A stretch of DNA of 64,000 nucleotides, taken from an uncultured Candidatus Saccharibacteria bacterium. Its GTDB lineage: Bacteria > Patescibacteriota > WWE3 > UBA101185 > UBA10185. Both the position numbers and the translations under genes were made by a program. This document shows, in pieces, positions 58,570-64,000 of the stretch (positions are counted from its first letter, which is position 1; each line of letters begins with the position of its first letter). The notes below the pieces were generated by a model. That model searched no databases. It saw nothing but the letters and a program-made list of their open reading frames with translations, and had not been told where the DNA came from. The stretch covers positions 5,458 to 69,457 of the forward strand of contig CAZEBU010000002.1 of assembly GCA_964510435.1 (NCBI GenBank), written 5' to 3'.

Positions 58570-59112
58570 TTAGTTTATATAACCAACCTGAGAAGGGGGC
58601 CAAAATCTAAAAACTACCCTACCCACTATGCGTTCTACGTCAATAAGACCAAAAACCCTCGAATCTGCTGATCTACCACGATTATCCCCCAGAACCATAT
58701 ACTCGTTTTCTTCAATTTTTAGCGATCTACCCTCTTTTATACGTCCTCCGGCTGTAGTACAAGTATCTTCTTGTAAATATGGTTCGTCCAGCTTATATTT
58801 TTTCCCACCCCTATTTATATAAACCTCACAATTATATATTTTAACGATATCTCCGGGAACTGCAATAATTCTTTTAATAAAATCGACATTATCGTTTTGC
58901 GGAGGGTTTAAAACAACCACTTCCCCAATTTCATAGTCCTTGAAATATTTAGTGATCTTCTCCACTAATATCCTTTCGCCACCGTAAAAATTGGGTTCCA
59001 TGCTTGCGCCCTGTACTTGTTCGGGCATAGCAATGGTAGTATAAATAATTAATATTACAATAGCGCTGGTAATAGCGGTTTCGATTAGTTCTAGGATTGT
59101 GTTCTTGTTCAT
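58570..59112 (-). CDS. lepB: Signal peptidase I (S26 family)
   Basis: The catalytic Ser box is GASMEPNF. Box D/E is VLGDNRGRSADSR. The N-terminal signal anchor is also present. Confidence 0.9.
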   Translation of the reverse strand: MNKNTILELIETAITSAIVILIIYTTIAMPEQVQGASMEPNFYGGERILVEKITKYFKDYEIGEVVVLNPPQNDNVDFIKRIIAVPGDIVKIYNCEVYINRGGKKYKLDEPYLQEDTCTTAGGRIKEGRSLKIEENEYMVLGDNRGRSADSRVFGLIDVERIVGRVVFRFWPPSQVGYIN

Positions 59113-59138
59113 TGCTGTATCATAATATCATTAGAAAA

Positions 59139-60719
59139 ATGAAACAAGTAGAATTAAAAATAGCTTCATTTAAAGATTTAAAAAGGGTGCTTGTCTCTAA
59201 TATTCCGCTTTTTTTAATCGTGGCTGTACTTGCCATTATTACTTTTATTAATGGCGTAAACGGAGAGTTCGTCTCAGATGACATTCCCGGAATTGTTAAT
59301 CATCCGGACGTGATTAATTTAGGGAACGCATTTAAATCCGGTAATTTACAGGTTATGCTGCAGGGAACGATTTACTCTGTCTTTGGGGCAAATGAAGTTC
59401 CTTTCCATCTTTTTTCTTTGTTCTTGCATATTGTAAATTTGGTTCTTTTCTTTTTCATCATCTATAACATTTTCAGCAAGAAAATCGCAGCCATTGCCAT
59501 GGTTTTGTATGCTGTGCACCCTTTAATATCAGAATCACTCTTATGGATCTCCGCAGTCAACTACCTGCTATCTACCTTCTTTCTCTATGTCTGCACGTTA
59601 CTGTACCTTATGTATAAAAAGAATCAAGATAGAAGGTATCTTATTACCGTTTTCTTATTGTTTGCCTTTTTAGGTGTATTTTTCCCCAATTTCTGGGTTC
59701 TCATTATTCCGCTTCTTATCGCAGGTATAGACTTCTTTTTGCTTAAAACAAAAATCAGTCTTAAACCTCTTTTAAAACTTTCACCACTCTTCATAATTTC
59801 TATCGTGGTATTTCTATACATAGGATTTTTCCAAAGTGAGATCTCAGTATCAGAGAGGATAGAATCTTTGGACACACCGGAAGCCACGCCGTTCTTAAAC
59901 AGGCTTCCTTATTCCATTTACATGGTGGGTGAATTGCTTATTTACCCTAAAAATCTTACTCTTTACCACGAAGGGGAGATGATCTCTACTTTCAAATATC
60001 AAGCTATGACCGTAATAGCAATCTTAGTCATACTGGGGTTAATTTATCTTTGGAAGAAACCTAAATACAGAATTGTCGCTGGTTTGATAACACTAATATT
60101 TATCTCTGTTCTACCGGTATTTAGCCCCCTACAGGTTGCTTGGTTTGCCGCGGAAAGATATCTCTACGTGGCTGCCGGGTTTTTTACAACACTTCTGGCA
60201 ATGCTTTTCTTAAAGCTAGATCGAAAATGGAAAGGCAAAAATCTAGCCATTATTCTTACCGTTTTGTTAACCGTAGTCTATTCAGGAAGAAGTATTGCTC
60301 GAACATTTGACTGGAAAACCAGAAAATCGGTCTGGCTCTCAACCGCTAAAGTCTCACCGTACAGTGCGCGTGTTCATAACAACCTAGGAGATGTCTATGG
60401 CATAGAAAACGACTGGCAAAGATCAATACAACACTTTGAAACAGCCATTCAACTTAAACCTGACTACAGTGAAGCAATGCATAACTTAGGAAACACCTAT
60501 ATGCGCATGGGGCAGCTTGAAACGGCAAGGGAATTACTATTAGCCTCCTTAAAAATTAATCCTGCGCTTTTCCAATCACTTCACAAGCTTGGTTTGGTTG
60601 AATACAACCTAGGAAATCCGGAAACTGCAGAAAAATATTTTGTGAAAAGTATAGAAGTCAATCCAAATTATCTACCGGCTGTTCAAGCTTTACAAACTTT
60701 GCGGCAAAGAACCCAGTAA
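59139..60719 (+). CDS. TMTC-like protein: a DUF1736/PMT_2-type GT-C membrane domain followed by C-terminal TPR repeats
   Basis: GEFVSDDIPGIVNHPDV, FHLFSLFLHIVNLVLFF and YAVHPLISESLLWISAVNYLLSTFF parallel the conserved blocks of eukaryotic TMTC O-mannosyltransferases. About 11 TMs are followed by four or more TPRs (..ARVHNNLGDVYGIENDWQRSIQHFETAIQLKPDYSEAMHNLGNTYMRMGQLE..). The start is chosen at MKQVELK (59139). The track ORF at 59097 overlaps the lepB start. Confidence 0.7.
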   Translation: MKQVELKIASFKDLKRVLVSNIPLFLIVAVLAIITFINGVNGEFVSDDIPGIVNHPDVINLGNAFKSGNLQVMLQGTIYSVFGANEVPFHLFSLFLHIVNLVLFFFIIYNIFSKKIAAIAMVLYAVHPLISESLLWISAVNYLLSTFFLYVCTLLYLMYKKNQDRRYLITVFLLFAFLGVFFPNFWVLIIPLLIAGIDFFLLKTKISLKPLLKLSPLFIISIVVFLYIGFFQSEISVSERIESLDTPEATPFLNRLPYSIYMVGELLIYPKNLTLYHEGEMISTFKYQAMTVIAILVILGLIYLWKKPKYRIVAGLITLIFISVLPVFSPLQVAWFAAERYLYVAAGFFTTLLAMLFLKLDRKWKGKNLAIILTVLLTVVYSGRSIARTFDWKTRKSVWLSTAKVSPYSARVHNNLGDVYGIENDWQRSIQHFETAIQLKPDYSEAMHNLGNTYMRMGQLETARELLLASLKINPALFQSLHKLGLVEYNLGNPETAEKYFVKSIEVNPNYLPAVQALQTLRQRTQ

Positions 60720-61542
60720 AAAAACCATTAGGAAAGACTTTTTTAACTTCGAGAAGGCTTATTTTTTTGAATTTTTCCAAAATCCAAGTGACAACCTTTT
60801 CATTTTCTTCCTTGCTATAAGTGCAGGTTGAGTAGACCAAAGTTCCTCCGGGTTTAAGCATATTGATTGCTGACGCAGCTAGTTTTTTTTGTAATTTTGA
60901 AAGCTTCTTTGGTAATCTTGGATACCAATACTTTAGTGGATCAGGATCAGCTAAACAGATGAGACCTTCATTAGAGCAAGGGGCGTCCAACAAAACTTTA
61001 TCAAAGTAGTTATTAAAAAGTTTATACTTTCTTTCTAAACCAACCCCGTTATTATTAATAACCTCCACGTTAGAAAACTTTTGTCTCTTAAGATTATCTT
61101 CCATTTTGAAGATCCTTTTTTTGTTATTGTCTACTGCCACTATCTGGGCACGGCCTTTAGTAACATGCGCTATCTGAGAAGTCTTACTACCAGGAGCAGC
61201 ACACATATCCAATATCCTTTCACCTTCCTGAGGATCAAGCATAATCACCGGCAGCATGCTGGATAACCCCTGGATATATATTTTTCCCTGATCTACAAGC
61301 TCTGTCTCCGATAATTTAAGGTTGTCAGGACCTTCTTTAACAATGTAACTACTATAAAAAGGCCCAGGTTTTACTCCGAAACCCTGACTTCTTAGTTCTC
61401 GGAGAGCGTCATTTGTACTTATCCGGTTAGTATTTACACGAAAGGTTACCGGCGGCTTTGTATACAAGTGCTGCATTATTCTCACATGCTTAGGGCCAAA
61501 TATATTTTGCACCTTCTGAATGAAAATATCCTTTTTTTCCAT
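60658..61542 (-). CDS. NOL1/NOP2/Sun-family RNA (m5C) methyltransferase (RsmB/RsmF-like catalytic core only)
   Basis: The SAM-binding motif is DMCAAPGSKTSQIA. The catalytic Cys motifs are DKVLLDAPCSNEGL and TLVYSTCTYSKEENE. Confidence 0.85.
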   Translation of the reverse strand: MEKKDIFIQKVQNIFGPKHVRIMQHLYTKPPVTFRVNTNRISTNDALRELRSQGFGVKPGPFYSSYIVKEGPDNLKLSETELVDQGKIYIQGLSSMLPVIMLDPQEGERILDMCAAPGSKTSQIAHVTKGRAQIVAVDNNKKRIFKMEDNLKRQKFSNVEVINNNGVGLERKYKLFNNYFDKVLLDAPCSNEGLICLADPDPLKYWYPRLPKKLSKLQKKLAASAINMLKPGGTLVYSTCTYSKEENEKVVTWILEKFKKISLLEVKKVFPNGFFTGFFAAKFVKLEQPVDNLD

Positions 61543-61587
61543 CTTGTAAATAATTCTAGCAAATTACTTACTGAAAATTCTTTCCTA

Positions 61588-61643
61588 TTTACATAGATTG
61601 CACCAAAGTATATTCTTAAATTATCCCAACCATATAAGGAGGG
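61588..61643 (+). promoter_or_regulatory. Promoter (TTTACA, 16-nt spacer, TATTCT) and a strong Shine-Dalgarno AAGGAGGG placed 3 nt before the ATG of the 93-aa ORF
   Basis: tttaca is at 61588-61593, tattct at 61610-61615 and aaggaggg at 61636-61643. Confidence 0.45.
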
Positions 61644-61646
61644 ATC

Positions 61647-61928
61647 ATGGATCTGTCTGACATGCCGTGGTCGGACATTTATAACCTGCTCCGTAGTAAC
61701 GGGAATGGTTTAAAGTGCCTGGTTAATGGTAAGGATGGCTATTTGATTGTTGAAAGGAGCAAGGTACGAGGTCTAGAAACATGGATTTTCATTTTGGAAT
61801 CCGAATTCCATAATGGAACTGTTTCTGAATCGGATCGTGAAAAAATTGTTGAGGTATCCTGCGACTTCTGCCAAAACATGAAACCCGTCACGAATGGTGT
61901 TTCGATCACCAAAGCCGAAGTACACTAA
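61647..61928 (+). CDS. Small hypothetical protein (93 aa). Monocistronic, with its own promoter, strong RBS and terminator.
   Basis: The ORF has a strong SD and is followed by a perfect intrinsic terminator. There is no recognisable domain. It contains a CDFC pair. Confidence 0.55.
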   Translation: MDLSDMPWSDIYNLLRSNGNGLKCLVNGKDGYLIVERSKVRGLETWIFILESEFHNGTVSESDREKIVEVSCDFCQNMKPVTNGVSITKAEVH

Positions 61929-61962
61929 GTGCTTCTTACTGTACTTCGGTTTGTTTTTTCTT
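61915..61962 (+). terminator. Rho-independent terminator of the small ORF: a 10-bp stem CCGAAGTACA / TGTACTTCGG with a 15-nt loop that contains the TAA stop, followed by TTTGTTTTTTCTT
   Basis: Read directly: the stem is at 61915-61924 and 61940-61949, and the U-tract at 61950-61962. Confidence 0.8.
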
Positions 61963-61984
61963 AGCAGCTAGTTAGAACAATAAA

Positions 61985-63115
61985 ATGAACGCGGAAAACA
62001 ATTTTACCTTATGGACAAAGAAATACGGAAACGAAACCAGCGGCCATATATCAGCACACACTTCACAAATTTTACAGTCGCAGAATAGTCCGCACCGTAT
62101 TACGTCTAGCAGTAATCCCATAATCCTAAAAAAATCCTCTTATATAAAAACGGGTAAGTACCCTAAACATTTAAATTTTGGAAGGAACAAATTATTTGCC
62201 TCATATATCGAAGGGTGTGGTATCGATATGTTTGAATTTGTAGATAATAAACTGATAAAAATAACAAGCAATAAACTACCTGCAAGCTGCATTCATTCAA
62301 TCATATATCGTAATTTAATCTACGTTTCTGTATCAACTTTATGTAGTAAAAAATCAAAAAAGGATTTACTTGCTGTACTAAATGCGGACAATCTAGAAAA
62401 ATTAGAGCTCGTGAGTACTCGAGGTAAGTGGTCAAAGTTCATAAAAATACATCCAACCCAACCATTACTTTTCGTATCAAATTGGTTTTCAAACGATCTA
62501 AGCGTATTCGACATTCACAACCCTGAAAAACCTGTTTTCCTAAGAAAAATAAAATGTGGAATTTCTCCAAGAGGGATAGATTTCACCCCAGATGGCAAAA
62601 TTGGGTTAGTAGCATGCTACTACTCAAGAAATATCGTTGAAATAAAAGTAAGTGGAGAATCGAATGTAAAGGTTACCTACATAGGTAAACCATACGATTA
62701 TCCAAATTACTCAGGGAATATGCGGGATATTAAAATTATAAATAATAAAAGTGCAATTGTTTCAAATATGGGGCGTAATTTAATTCACCTATACAGCATT
62801 AAAAAAAGGAAAATAGTAAAATCAACAATTGTTGGAAAACATCCAAACAGTATTACTATTTACAAAAATTCCCATGTTCTTGTAAGTTGTTTCCTGTCAA
62901 ACAGATTATATCTACTAAATGTGCCTGGTTTGAAAATTCTTGGTGTGTCAAGAGCCACAGGAAAAAACACAGTTGGTTTGGCAACATTTGGTGAAACTGT
63001 ATTTTCATCAGCTTTCGGCAGTGGTTTGATAGAAGTGTGGAAACCAGCTAAACAAATAAATAAAACAAACCCGCGGATAGGAGGGAGGCGAACGCCTGCA
63101 CCAACCAAAACCTAA
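61985..63115 (+). CDS. YVTN-family beta-propeller repeat protein (lactonase/7-bladed propeller-like)
   Basis: Propeller-blade repeats such as GISPRGIDFTPDGKIGLVACYYSRNIVEI and HPNSITIYKNSHVLVSC are present. The last ~20 codons overlap the mraY 3' end in antisense. The basic tail RIGGRRTPAPTKT may be read-through artefact. Confidence 0.6.
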   Translation: MNAENNFTLWTKKYGNETSGHISAHTSQILQSQNSPHRITSSSNPIILKKSSYIKTGKYPKHLNFGRNKLFASYIEGCGIDMFEFVDNKLIKITSNKLPASCIHSIIYRNLIYVSVSTLCSKKSKKDLLAVLNADNLEKLELVSTRGKWSKFIKIHPTQPLLFVSNWFSNDLSVFDIHNPEKPVFLRKIKCGISPRGIDFTPDGKIGLVACYYSRNIVEIKVSGESNVKVTYIGKPYDYPNYSGNMRDIKIINNKSAIVSNMGRNLIHLYSIKKRKIVKSTIVGKHPNSITIYKNSHVLVSCFLSNRLYLLNVPGLKILGVSRATGKNTVGLATFGETVFSSAFGSGLIEVWKPAKQINKTNPRIGGRRTPAPTKT

Positions 63116-63986
63116 AAACTACTTTAGTACCATTCCAACCAATAGCTTCAAAATGATGATGTAACGGAGCAATTTTAAATACGGTTTTGCCTCTAAAATA
63201 CAAGGAAAACCACTGAATCAAAGATGTCGATGCATCAACAATATAAACAAATCCAAAAACCGGTAACAAATAAAAAGTCCCTGTGGTTAAAGTAAGCACA
63301 CCGATAATTGAACCTAATGCAAGGGCACCCGTATCACCCATAAATAACCTGGCGGGGTTGATATTAAAGTATAAATAAGCCAACACGGCTCCAAACACTA
63401 CAAAAACGAATGTTAGATCTGCTAGGTCCCCGGTTGTATTTGAGACGAAAAATCCCAAAGTAAGTAAGGTGATCAATAAAGATCCGGAAGACAACCCGTC
63501 AATACCGTCAATTATATTGAAGGCATTACTCAGAAAGATTATGGTTAAAACAGAAATAGCAAAGAGTAGCCAAAATGATGTGACCTCAAAATTAAAAAAG
63601 GGGATATTTACGCGGAATAAATTATTTGTAACCCCCCAGTAACTAATTAAGGATCCTGCAGAGAGCTGAATTAATAATTTATGGCGTACTCTAAGGGCTA
63701 ATCCCCTAAATCTAAAAACCTTCTTAAAATCATCATAAAATCCCATCAAACCAAAGATAATTAAACTAAAAGTGAAAAGAAGATACTTCTCTCTGCTAAT
63801 TTCGTAGGCACTTCCGTAGTACAGAAAAGTATAAATAAACAAGACAACCAGAACTATTAGTATTCCACCTCCGGTAGGCGTTCCTGACTTATGCGCTTTA
63901 ATTTTGTCGAAAACATCCATGACCTGCCCAAACCTATCTTTTCTGTGTTTTTTTCTAAAAGGATCCTGCAATTTGAATCTATACAA
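63048..63986 (-). CDS. mraY: Phospho-N-acetylmuramoyl-pentapeptide transferase MraY (N-terminus possibly clipped by the window end)
   Basis: The Mg-binding region is GTPTGGGILIV and NAFNIIDGIDGL. The His-rich loop is KIAPLHHHFEAIGW. The protein is polytopic. Confidence 0.85.
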   Translation of the reverse strand: MYRFKLQDPFRKKHRKDRFGQVMDVFDKIKAHKSGTPTGGGILIVLVVLFIYTFLYYGSAYEISREKYLLFTFSLIIFGLMGFYDDFKKVFRFRGLALRVRHKLLIQLSAGSLISYWGVTNNLFRVNIPFFNFEVTSFWLLFAISVLTIIFLSNAFNIIDGIDGLSSGSLLITLLTLGFFVSNTTGDLADLTFVFVVFGAVLAYLYFNINPARLFMGDTGALALGSIIGVLTLTTGTFYLLPVFGFVYIVDASTSLIQWFSLYFRGKTVFKIAPLHHHFEAIGWNGTKVVFRFWLVQAFASLLSAGLFYLFV

Positions 63987-64000
63987 AAGGCTAATAAAAG

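Noticed and set aside
1-64000. tRNA/rRNA genes, CRISPR arrays, IS elements or prophage content
   Set aside because: All intergenic regions longer than 40 nt were inspected: 1825-1883, 11762-11792, 23833-23894, 36376-36428, 46661-46858, 47180-47235, 48415-48498, 58400-58569 and 61543-61646. None has cloverleaf-compatible GC stems, regularly spaced direct repeats, terminal inverted repeats, or transposase or integrase ORFs.

Overview
This is an AT-rich bacterial window with very compact gene packing. Nearly everything from about 0.2 to 59 kb is on the minus strand.

Gene content is split between two themes:
- (1) 0.2-36.4 kb is a cell-envelope glycosylation region in three co-directional blocks. 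It holds:
  - 5 GT4 and about 7 GT2 glycosyltransferases, at least four of them short Dpm1-like polyprenyl-phosphate-sugar synthases.
  - At least 6 polytopic GT-C-type membrane proteins.
  - 2 Wzx-like flippases and a UPF0104 flippase-like protein.
  - Sugar-nucleotide enzymes: UDP-glucose 6-dehydrogenase and an extended-SDR epimerase.
  - Two methyltransferases, one an FkbM-family gene broken by an in-frame TAA.
  - A cobalamin-binding radical-SAM enzyme with a non-canonical CX4CX2C motif, next to a mono-cluster ferredoxin.
  - A membrane-anchored CAP/SCP-domain protein.
- (2) 36.4-58.4 kb is one uninterrupted minus-strand run of transcription and translation genes: rpoB-rpoC-rpsL-rpsG-fusA-tuf-rpsJ-rplC...rplO-secY-(YbaB-like)-adk. 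L30 is absent. S14 is the short zinc-ribbon type. L3 (142 aa) and RpoB (1084 aa) are reduced. These traits fit a Candidate Phyla Radiation (Patescibacteria)-type genome, but that is inference from gene content only.

The final 5.5 kb carries signal peptidase I, a TMTC-like TPR/GT-C protein, a Sun-family RNA methyltransferase, a strongly expressed-looking small ORF with its own promoter and terminator, a YVTN beta-propeller protein and mraY.

No tRNA, rRNA, CRISPR array or mobile element was found.

The main non-coding observations are:
- A promoter family with the conserved -35-region element AAGTGAY, 17 bp spacing and TATAAT, seen three times. Twice it sits exactly 9 nt before the ATG, implying leaderless mRNAs.
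- An S10-leader-like promoter-plus-terminator module placed between rpsJ and rplC.
- Several GC-rich hairpins that stand out in the AT-rich background.
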